NCBI GenBank assembly: GCA_016794125.1
Contig: JAEUKT010000002.1
Span: 335,240 to 399,239 of the forward strand
Direction of reading: 5' to 3'
Length of the DNA: 64,000 nucleotides
DNA from: Alphaproteobacteria bacterium
GTDB lineage: Bacteria > Pseudomonadota > Alphaproteobacteria > Micavibrionales > UBA2020
Part shown: piece after piece, positions 8,853 to 16,374 of the stretch
Layout of the letters: every line of letters starts with the position of its first letter
Position numbering within the stretch: the stretch's first letter is position 1
Notes under the pieces: model-generated
What the model saw: only the letters and a program-made list of their open reading frames with translations
Told to the model about the DNA's origin: nothing
The model's database searches: none
Made by a program: the position numbers and the translations under genes

Positions 8853-9607
8853 AGTTCTACGACAACCATAAATCGCCGAATTTCGACGACCGCGCCAAGG
8901 GTGAAAAGGTCGAAATCATCGTCGTCCATTACACCGCGATGGAATCGACCGAAGCCGTCTTGGAAAAATTCGCGGATAGAGCGTCGAAAGTCAGCAGCCA
9001 TTACCTGATCGGCGAAAACGGCGATATCTATCAAATGGTGGACGAGGAAAAACGCGCCTGGCATGCCGGCATTTCCAGCTGGAACGGCAAGGACGACGTG
9101 AATTCCCGTTCCATCGGCATCGAGATTTCGAACCGCAACGGCGAGCCGTATACGAAAGAACAGTTATTCGCGCTGACGATCCTGATCAAGGATATCCAGT
9201 CGCGCCATGACGTGCTGCCGGAAAATATCGTCGGCCATTCCGATGTCGCGCCCAACCGCAAGCAGGACCCGGGCGAACATTTCCCGTGGCAGAAGCTCGC
9301 CCGCCACGATATCGGCCGCTGGCCGAAACCGACGATTGCCGACAAGTTCAACGCGGCGGCGGTCGCCAAGAAACCGCAGGAATTGCGCGCCCTGTTCCGT
9401 CAGGCGGGCTATGGCGTGGACGGGCAGAAAACCAAAGACCTCGTCACCGCTTTCCAGCGCCGCTATGAACAGGAAATCTTTAAATCATCCACCGCCGTGC
9501 CGGGCGATGCGACCGCAACGACCGTGGCAAGATTGCGGGCGGTGGCGCGCATGAATTCATTTGCGAATAAAAAACCGGCTTCGCCTTCTGCCCCTGCGAA
9601 AAAATGA
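8849..9607 (+). CDS. N-acetylmuramoyl-L-alanine amidase (Amidase_2/AmpD-like) with C-terminal peptidoglycan-binding-like region
   Basis: VVHYTAM, SSHYLIGENG, AWHAGISSW, IGIEI and GHSDVAPNRKQDPGEHFPW motifs. C-terminal LVTAFQRRYEQ block. Start overlaps the PNP stop. Confidence 0.85.
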   Translation: MKFYDNHKSPNFDDRAKGEKVEIIVVHYTAMESTEAVLEKFADRASKVSSHYLIGENGDIYQMVDEEKRAWHAGISSWNGKDDVNSRSIGIEISNRNGEPYTKEQLFALTILIKDIQSRHDVLPENIVGHSDVAPNRKQDPGEHFPWQKLARHDIGRWPKPTIADKFNAAAVAKKPQELRALFRQAGYGVDGQKTKDLVTAFQRRYEQEIFKSSTAVPGDATATTVARLRAVARMNSFANKKPASPSAPAKK

Positions 9608-10347
9608 ACCTGCTTATTTCCGACGCCCCTTCCCCCAATTTCGGCCCACGCGCGGGTGGCAAGAAGCCGGAATATTTGATTTTGCATTACACCGATACGC
9701 GCACGACATTCGATGCGCTGCAGATATTGCAAAACCCCGAGCGTCAGGTGAGTTCTCATTACCTTGTCGGCGATAACGGACAGGTGATGCGGCTGGTGCC
9801 GGAGGAGATGCGGGCATGGCATGCGGGGAAATCGTGGTGGAGCGGCGAGACCGATATCAATTCCACATCCATTGGCATTGAAATCCAGAACCCGGGGCAT
9901 GGCTATGGCTATGTGCCCTTCCCGTCGGTGCAGATGCAGGCGGTGGCGGAGCTGTGCCGCGACATTATTTCGCGCCACCGCATCCTGCCTTATCACGTGC
10001 TGGCACATTCCGATATCGCGCCCGCGCGCAAGAAAGACCCGGGCGAGCTGTTCCCGTGGGAATACTTGGCCGCCCAGCATGTGGGGCTGTGGCCGAAGCC
10101 GACCGACCGCGATGAAATCGACGCGGAAGACATCATGGACGACCCCGACGCCATCAAATCGCAGCTGACGCATTTCGGCTATGACCCGAGCCTTGACCTG
10201 ACGACCCTCATTACTGCCTTCCAGCGGCATTTCGAGCCGGCGGTGTTTGCGCAGGAGGAGAAGGTTGGTGTGGTCAGCCTTAACACCGTTAAGTTGATAA
10301 AAGCCGTTGTACGTCAACGGCTTGCGCTGCGCCCGAAAATCGCCTGA
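9604..10347 (+). CDS. N-acetylmuramoyl-L-alanine amidase (Amidase_2/AmpD-like), tandem paralog
   Basis: ILHYTDT, SSHYLVGDNG, AWHAGKSWW, IGIEI and AHSDIAPARKKDPGELFPW motifs, plus LITAFQRHFEP. 4-nt ATGA overlap with the upstream paralog. Confidence 0.85.
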   Translation: MNLLISDAPSPNFGPRAGGKKPEYLILHYTDTRTTFDALQILQNPERQVSSHYLVGDNGQVMRLVPEEMRAWHAGKSWWSGETDINSTSIGIEIQNPGHGYGYVPFPSVQMQAVAELCRDIISRHRILPYHVLAHSDIAPARKKDPGELFPWEYLAAQHVGLWPKPTDRDEIDAEDIMDDPDAIKSQLTHFGYDPSLDLTTLITAFQRHFEPAVFAQEEKVGVVSLNTVKLIKAVVRQRLALRPKIA

Positions 10348-10399
10348 ATTATTCATAATAAGCTTGTCTTATCGGCGTTTTGCGCCTAGTCTCCCCTTT

Positions 10400-10770
10400 G
10401 CCAGAAGGCCGGATAACCGCGGGTATGCAAATATTCGAGGAAAGTCCGGGCTCCAGAAAAACACGGTGCCGGTTAACGGCCGGCGGGGGCGACCCCAGGG
10501 ATCAGTGCCACAGAAAATATACCGCCCAGCAATGGGTAAGGGTGAAAAGGTGCGGTAAGAGCGCACCGCGGAACTGGCAACAGTTTTGGCAGGGAAAACC
10601 CCACCGGGAGCAAGGCCAAATAGGGAAGGCATGATCATCTTCGGATGGTCGGGTTTGTTTTTTAACCTCGCCTTCCGGGTTGGCTGCCAGAGGTGACAAG
10701 AGATTGTCACCCCAGACGAATGGTTATCGCCGCGCAAGCGGTACAGAACCCGGCTTACAGGCCTTCTGGC
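10400..10770 (+). ncRNA. rnpB: RNase P RNA, bacterial type A
   Basis: Universal GAGGAAAGTCCGGGCTCC block near the 5' end and ACAGAACCCGGCTTA near the 3' end. P1 helix GCCAGAAGGCC (10400-10410) pairs with GGCCTTCTGGC (10760-10770). T-run follows. Ends approximate to +/-5 nt. Confidence 0.9.
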
Positions 10771-10795
10771 ATATTTTTTTGAGACCAAATGGAGT

Positions 10796-12088
10796 GTGCA
10801 TATCTTGAACTACGATCCCGTTGAAGGCGTGAATTACATTTTCGACCGCTATGCGTTCATGAACCAGATTTTGCAGGACGGCAAAAGCGAGCTGCGGATT
10901 TCGGAATCCTCGACCCGCGACGACATGAACAAGGCCTTCACGATTGCGCGCGGCATGTACCACCCCGACCGTCAGGCGCGCACGGGTGACGAGATGAAGC
11001 AAAAGGCGGAGCAGAAAACGAAGCTGATCGCCGATTGCGAACGCTTCCTGCTGAACCCCGAATTAAAATCATTCTATGACGATAAGCTGGCGCATTTCCG
11101 CGAGCATAAGCCGCATCTGGTATCTGATAGCGGCATCGCCATCATCAGCCTTGGCGAAACCGTGTTCGATATCGGCGCGCTTTTGTCGGACGATGTCGTC
11201 GATACGTCGGATTTCGAAGCCCGCGTGAAGGCATTGACGCAGTATGACGACAAGCGCGTGCCGCAGCTGAAATCGCTTTACGACATGATGCCCGACAACG
11301 CGCAGGTGAAATCGCTGTACCGTGACGCGGTCACATCGGAATATATTTACCTCGGTTTCCTTGAAGATTCCGCATGGGCAAAAGTCGGCTACATGAACCG
11401 CAAGGAAAAAGAAGAAGGTTTCATGATCCGCGCGTCCGATTATACCAAACGTGTGGATGCGGCGCTGGAAAAGGCAGCGGCGCGCGACATTGATTCCACC
11501 ATCGAAAGCCACGGCGCGGTCGCCCGCATCGGCATGGCGAAAACCCCGCTGCTGCTGGATGCCGCCGAAGGCACGGAAATGCCCGGCATGGAGCTGATGG
11601 CACCCGACCAGCACAAACGCCTGATGGAAAAATTCAAGGATGTCGCGCACAAGAATTTCGAAATCCGCGCCGAATATGTGCGCGAGGTGGCAAAACGCAA
11701 GGAAGCAGCGCTTGAAACGCTGCTGAACCTGTCGGAGATCGAGCCGATTGGCGTGGAGGCCGCAGGCCAGACGAAATTCGATTTCTACATGATCAACCCC
11801 GCGCATGACGACAACCCTGCGCGCGTCGTGTACCGCCTGGAACTTGATCTTGAAACCGGCAATGCCGGCATCGGCGAAATGTATCGGGAGCCCCTGACGC
11901 TCGATCAATTGAAGGCGCAGGAAGGCACCCGCGCCGGTTTCGCCGTGATCCGCAATATCGAGATTTCGGACATCATGCTGGAAACGGCGGCCGCATCGGA
12001 GCGGTTCCTGAACACCCGCGTGAAGGACGTGGAGCAAACACCCGCCCCCGCCGCGGCCAAACCGAAAAACAACGCGCCCCGTCCGTAA
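10796..12088 (+). CDS. J-domain (DnaJ-like, HPD motif) protein with uncharacterised C-terminal region
   Basis: N-terminal ~70 aa fits the J-domain pattern: ...DDMNKAFTIARGMYHPDRQ...KQKAEQKTKLIADCERFLLNPELKSFYDDKL, with HPD at codons 56-58 (nt 10961-10969). No zinc-finger or Gly/Phe region. The start may be the GTG at 10796 or the TTG at 10805, which has better spacing from the GGAG. Ends ...AAAKPKNNAPRP-stop. Confidence 0.75.
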   Translation: MHILNYDPVEGVNYIFDRYAFMNQILQDGKSELRISESSTRDDMNKAFTIARGMYHPDRQARTGDEMKQKAEQKTKLIADCERFLLNPELKSFYDDKLAHFREHKPHLVSDSGIAIISLGETVFDIGALLSDDVVDTSDFEARVKALTQYDDKRVPQLKSLYDMMPDNAQVKSLYRDAVTSEYIYLGFLEDSAWAKVGYMNRKEKEEGFMIRASDYTKRVDAALEKAAARDIDSTIESHGAVARIGMAKTPLLLDAAEGTEMPGMELMAPDQHKRLMEKFKDVAHKNFEIRAEYVREVAKRKEAALETLLNLSEIEPIGVEAAGQTKFDFYMINPAHDDNPARVVYRLELDLETGNAGIGEMYREPLTLDQLKAQEGTRAGFAVIRNIEISDIMLETAAASERFLNTRVKDVEQTPAPAAAKPKNNAPRP

Positions 12089-12099
12089 CGGAGTTTTGT

Positions 12100-12462
12100 A
12101 TGCCGACGTTCAAGCGACTGGACGAACACAGCCTTCTGGTACGTACCGACCTTGCCGAAGCCAAGGAATGGGGAGGCGCGCGACTGAGCCGCATTTTCAA
12201 TTTCAAGGCGCGGCAGCTGACCACCATTTACGAGCGCGGCGGCACGCAGGAGTTTTCGATCCCGAACGGCAACTATTCGTCAAAAACCGGATACACCGCC
12301 GCCGTCACCTCGTCGATGACCGTGCAGAATTTCCGCGACATCGAAGGCACGGAAGAAATCGCCGAAATGCACGCCAAGCTGGTCAGCCTGAACGGCCGGC
12401 CGCCGAAACTGGAGGATGTGCTGCCCGGGCAGATGAACAAAAAAGCGAAGCTCGGCGGCTGA
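12100..12462 (+). CDS. Small protein, unassigned family (copy A)
   Basis: 120 aa, GGAG SD, 11 nt after the J-domain gene. Shares RIFNFKARQ(L/I)T, F(R/S)D(I/L)(E/D)...E(I/V)A(E/D)MH and G.PP.L blocks with copies B-E. Confidence 0.65.
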   Translation: MPTFKRLDEHSLLVRTDLAEAKEWGGARLSRIFNFKARQLTTIYERGGTQEFSIPNGNYSSKTGYTAAVTSSMTVQNFRDIEGTEEIAEMHAKLVSLNGRPPKLEDVLPGQMNKKAKLGG

Positions 12463-12507
12463 ACGGCGTTAAGTCGGGCGTTAAGTTTATTTTCATAGGA
12501 GTGGAAA

Positions 12508-12828
12508 ATGGCAGATACTGAAGTTTATGAAAAAATGAACGACTATACGTTGTCGGCCATGACCGAATTCTCCGCCCAGTCGGGTTCCGACCCCATGCTG
12601 CGTCGGATTTTCAATTTCAAGGCGCGCCAGATTACCAACATCTATTCGCAATGGTACGGCGCCAGCGTTTCCAATTCGATGGTCATCCAGAAATTCAGCG
12701 ACCTCGACAGCCTTGACGAAGTCGCCGACATGCATAAACGCCTGCGGGACAAGGGCGGCAATCCGCCGCCGCTGGAGGTGGATGCGCTGGGCAAATCCAC
12801 CGCGCGTCCGGCGACGCTCCGCCCGTGA
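12508..12828 (+). CDS. Small protein, unassigned family (copy B)
   Basis: 106 aa, AGGAG SD. Contains RRIFNFKARQIT...FSDLDSLDEVADMHKRLRDKGGNPPPLEV...ATLRP-stop. Confidence 0.65.
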   Translation: MADTEVYEKMNDYTLSAMTEFSAQSGSDPMLRRIFNFKARQITNIYSQWYGASVSNSMVIQKFSDLDSLDEVADMHKRLRDKGGNPPPLEVDALGKSTARPATLRP

Positions 12829-12885
12829 GCAAATTGCTGCACCGAAATTCCGCCGATTTTGCACCGTAATTGCACAGCCCTTCCG

Positions 12886-12914
12886 TTGACGGATTCGGCA
12901 ATCCCAAGTACATT
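12886..12914 (+). promoter_or_regulatory. Candidate promoter of the dcw cluster
   Basis: TTGACG (12886-12891), 17-nt spacer, TACATT (12909-12914), about 120 nt upstream of rsmH. By-eye match only. Confidence 0.3.
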
Positions 12915-13035
12915 ATAAACGGGGTTGAATAAGGCTTGGTTTTTCAGGGGTGTTTAGCCAGCCGGATTTGACGTAAAGCAATAAATAAATGGCAGCGGCG
13001 GCAAGCCGCGCCGAAGTTTTTGGGGTTGCACAGGC

Positions 13036-14016
13036 TTGGCCGATTTTAGCGACATTGTTTCCGCGACGGAAACAAGCGGGCACATCCCGGTGATGCTGCG
13101 CGAGGTGCTGCAAACGCTGGCACCCCGTGACGGCGGTGTCTATGTCGACGGCACCTTTGGCGCGGGCGGTTATACGCGCGAAATCCTGAAAATGGCGGAC
13201 TGCAAAGTTTATGCGATCGACCGCGACCCGCATGCGATTGACCGCGCGGATGCGATGGCGAAGGAATTCAACGGACGCCTGATCCCCATGCAGGGCTGTT
13301 TCGGCGATGTAACCGCATTGCTGGCGGAACACGGCGTCGGCAAGATCGACGGGATTGTGCTGGATTTGGGCGTGTCGTCGCTGCAGCTATCGACGCCGGA
13401 GCGCGGGTTTTCCTTCATGCATGACGGGCCGCTGGATATGCGCATGAGCCTTGACGGCACTTCCGCCGCCGATGTGGTGAACCGCGCGCCGGAAAAGGAA
13501 ATCGCGGATATCCTCTACACCTATGGCGAAGAACGCGCATCGCGTGCGATTGCGAAGAAAATCGTCGCCTCGCGCCCCATCACCACGACAAAGGCTTTGG
13601 TGAACGTCATCCATAGCGTATTACCGATGCATGGCGGCATGAAGACCGACACGGCCACCCGCACCTTTCAGGCACTGCGCATTTTCGTGAACGACGAGCT
13701 GGGCGAGTTGGAACGCGCACTTGAATCGGCGGAGCAGATTTTGAACACCGATGGCCGCCTTGTCGTCGTGTCGTTCCATTCGCTGGAGGACTGGCGCGTG
13801 AAGCATTTCCTGAAGGAAAAAACCGGACGCACATCGAACGCGTCGCGCCACCTGCCCGTCATGCAGGACACGCGCAAGCCCAGTTTCACGGTCGAGGCGA
13901 ATAACGGGTTGTCGCCTCAACCCGACGAAGTCCTTGCCAACCCCCGCTCACGTTCCGCCCGGCTGCGTTACGGCATCCGCACGGCGGCACCCGTCATGGA
14001 GGCTCTGCATGCGTAA
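13036..14016 (+). CDS. rsmH: 16S rRNA (cytosine1402-N4)-methyltransferase
   Basis: HIPVMLREVL, DGTFGAGGYT, DRDP, DLGVSS and SFHSLEDW motifs. TTG start. First gene of the dcw cluster. Confidence 0.95.
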   Translation: MADFSDIVSATETSGHIPVMLREVLQTLAPRDGGVYVDGTFGAGGYTREILKMADCKVYAIDRDPHAIDRADAMAKEFNGRLIPMQGCFGDVTALLAEHGVGKIDGIVLDLGVSSLQLSTPERGFSFMHDGPLDMRMSLDGTSAADVVNRAPEKEIADILYTYGEERASRAIAKKIVASRPITTTKALVNVIHSVLPMHGGMKTDTATRTFQALRIFVNDELGELERALESAEQILNTDGRLVVVSFHSLEDWRVKHFLKEKTGRTSNASRHLPVMQDTRKPSFTVEANNGLSPQPDEVLANPRSRSARLRYGIRTAAPVMEALHA

Positions 14017-14641
14017 AACAGCGATGCTCTGGCTTGTGCTGGCGGTGATCTGCGGCGGGATGCTGTTCCAGACCAGCCAGCGCGTGACCGATGGACGTGC
14101 GCAGCTGGCGGGTATCGAGGCGGCGGCACGCAAGGAAGACGAACACCTGCGCGTGCTGCAGGCGGAATGGAGTTATCTGAACCAGCCCGACCGCCTTGAA
14201 AAACTCTCCAACCAATACCTGCACCTTGAACCGCTGAAGGGCAAGCAGTTCGCCAAAGTCGCCGACCTTGAGCAACGCCCCGTGGAAGTTGTGGCGGAGG
14301 TGGATACTGCCGCGCCGGTGATCGAACCCGAAACGGCGGCGCCCGTGGTGACCGCAGCAGAACCGGCTGCTGTTGCACCTGCCGCGAAGACTGCACCTGT
14401 CGCGCAAACCGCGCCGCTTTTGAAACCCGCGCCGCAAAAACCTGCCGCCGCCGTCAAGCCGCAACCCGTCGTGAAGGCGAAGCCGCAGCCGTCATTGGTC
14501 TGGAAAGCGCCGCCGCCGGCCGCCGCCCGCAAGCCGGGCGTGGCGTGGAGCGCGCCGCAGCCGGGCAAAAATCCGCCGCCTGCGCAACAGCAGCAACCGC
14601 GCCAGTTCGGCGATCTCATGAAAAGCCTGGGGGTACAGTAA
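14009..14641 (+). CDS. ftsL: Cell division protein FtsL with long Pro/Ala/Lys-rich C-terminal extension
   Basis: Lies between rsmH and ftsI. N-terminal TM helix (MLWLVLAVICGGMLF) followed by a coiled-coil with the LQAEWSYLNQPDRLE motif typical of alphaproteobacterial FtsL. Start ATG at 14009 overlaps the rsmH stop. Confidence 0.75.
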   Translation: MRKTAMLWLVLAVICGGMLFQTSQRVTDGRAQLAGIEAAARKEDEHLRVLQAEWSYLNQPDRLEKLSNQYLHLEPLKGKQFAKVADLEQRPVEVVAEVDTAAPVIEPETAAPVVTAAEPAAVAPAAKTAPVAQTAPLLKPAPQKPAAAVKPQPVVKAKPQPSLVWKAPPPAAARKPGVAWSAPQPGKNPPPAQQQQPRQFGDLMKSLGVQ

Positions 14642-14643
14642 CC

Positions 14644-16374
14644 ATGTCGGGCATTTTTCAACGTGATAAAATGGATATTCCGGGCGAACGCTCATCCACT
14701 CTTGGCCTTGCCAAAACGCGGCTTGTGCTGGTGGCATCGGTGTTTGTGCTGGGATACCTTGCGATTTCGCTGCGCCTGACCGACCTGACCTTGCTGCGCG
14801 AACGGCCCGTGCCGGAAACCGCCGCGCTGAACGGCGATGACGTCAAGCCGCTGACGAAACCGCTGCGCGGCACGATTGTCGACCGCAACGGCGAATTGAT
14901 GGCGACGTCGCTTGCCATGCCGTCGGTCTTTGCCAATAACGGCTTGATCGACGACCCCGCGCAGGTGGCGCATGAATTGTCGAAAATCCTGACCGAGCAA
15001 AAAGAAGCCGACCTGTTGAAAAAGCTGTCGTCGGGCCGAAAATTCGTCTGGATCCAGCGCAACATCACGCCGCGCCAGCAATATGCGATCAACGCGCTGG
15101 GCCATCCCGGCCTTGGCTTTCAGGATGAAGACCGCCGCATTTATCCGGCGGGCAGCTTGACCGCGCATATCACCGGCTATACCGATGTCGACGGCAAGGG
15201 CATTGCGGGCATCGAGAAACTGGACAACGAACAGCTGGTGAAGGGCGACAAGCCGGTCGCGCTGACCATTGACCTTCGCGTGCAGCATATCCTGCACCGC
15301 GAGCTGACCGCGTCGATGGAAAAATTCCGTGCGAAAGCGGCCGCGGGCGTGGTGATGGATGTCAACACCGGCGAAATCATCGCGATGGTGTCGCTGCCCG
15401 ATTTCGACCCGCATCACCCGTCATCGGCAAGCGACGACGGCAAGTTCAACCGTGTCTCGCTCGGCGTGTTCGAAATGGGCTCGACGTTCAAGCTCTTTTC
15501 GACGGCGGCGGCGCTAGATTCCGGCCGCGTCAACTTCGGCACGACGTTCGACACGACGCAGCCGATCAAGGTCGGCCGCTTCACGATCAGCGACTATCAC
15601 GCGCTGCACCGCGTGCAGTCGGTGCCGGAAATTTTCATGCATTCGTCCAACATCGGTACCGCGCGCATGGCGCAGACGATGGGCCCCGACGGCCTGAAAG
15701 ATTTTTACAAGCGCATGGGTTTCTTCGCACCCGTGCCCGTGGATATCCCGGAGCGCGGATCGCCGCTATACCCGAACCCGTGGCGCGAGGTCAGCACGCT
15801 GACCGCGTCGTTCGGCCACGGCATCGCGGTGTCGCCGCTGCATCTGGTCCGCGCGGCATCGGCACTGGTGAACGGCGGCGTGATGGTCACGCCCCAGCTG
15901 GTCAAAAAAGACAGCAAATCGCTGCTGCCGCAATCGCCGGCGGGCGAGCGTGTGATATCGCCGCAAACATCGCTGAAGGTGCGCCAGCTGATGGAGCTGA
16001 CCGTGGCCGAAGGCACGGGCGGCAAGGCGGCCGTCGAAGGATATAACGTGGGCGGCAAGACCGGCACGGCGGAGAAAAACAAGAACGGCCGCTATGACCA
16101 CAATTCACTGATGTCGTCCTTTATCGGCGTCTTCCCGATCAACGAACCGCGCTATGCCGTGCTGGCGATGATGGACGAACCGAAACCTGCGCCCGACACC
16201 TTCGGCTATGCGACCGGCGGCTGGACGGCCGCGCCCGTCGTGGGCCGCGTGGTGGAACAAATGGGCCCGCTGTACCAGATACCGCCGTCGCTCGACACCC
16301 GCGCGGAAATCATGGCCGACATGGCCCCATACATCAAGGGAGCGAAGAGTGCGTCTTCTGGAACTGATCGGTGA
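14644..16374 (+). CDS. ftsI: Peptidoglycan D,D-transpeptidase FtsI (PBP3)
   Basis: N-terminal TM helix; SxxK (STFK), SxN (SSN) and KTG (KTGTA) motifs. Confidence 0.95.
   Translation: MSGIFQRDKMDIPGERSSTLGLAKTRLVLVASVFVLGYLAISLRLTDLTLLRERPVPETAALNGDDVKPLTKPLRGTIVDRNGELMATSLAMPSVFANNGLIDDPAQVAHELSKILTEQKEADLLKKLSSGRKFVWIQRNITPRQQYAINALGHPGLGFQDEDRRIYPAGSLTAHITGYTDVDGKGIAGIEKLDNEQLVKGDKPVALTIDLRVQHILHRELTASMEKFRAKAAAGVVMDVNTGEIIAMVSLPDFDPHHPSSASDDGKFNRVSLGVFEMGSTFKLFSTAAALDSGRVNFGTTFDTTQPIKVGRFTISDYHALHRVQSVPEIFMHSSNIGTARMAQTMGPDGLKDFYKRMGFFAPVPVDIPERGSPLYPNPWREVSTLTASFGHGIAVSPLHLVRAASALVNGGVMVTPQLVKKDSKSLLPQSPAGERVISPQTSLKVRQLMELTVAEGTGGKAAVEGYNVGGKTGTAEKNKNGRYDHNSLMSSFIGVFPINEPRYAVLAMMDEPKPAPDTFGYATGGWTAAPVVGRVVEQMGPLYQIPPSLDTRAEIMADMAPYIKGAKSASSGTDR

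Noticed and set aside
10369-10788. ORFs of 139 aa (-), 84 aa (+) and 83 aa (+) between the amidase and J-domain genes
   Set aside because: The region carries the RNase P RNA hallmarks (GAGGAAAGTCCGGGC, ACAGAACCCGGCTTA, closing P1 helix), so the ORFs are incidental.
12465-12487. Direct repeat GGCGTTAAGT x2 giving TTAA-N8-TTAA between small genes A and B; considered as a CtrA box
   Set aside because: The CtrA consensus is TTAA-N7-TTAA, and the spacing here is 8 nt. It is a single occurrence inside an operon and more likely a small slippage duplication.
12913-13332. 139-aa minus-strand ORF upstream of and overlapping rsmH; considered as mraZ or a regulator
   Set aside because: It is on the wrong strand, overlaps the rsmH coding sequence and has no MraZ/SpoVT-AbrB-like motifs. 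I conclude mraZ is absent.
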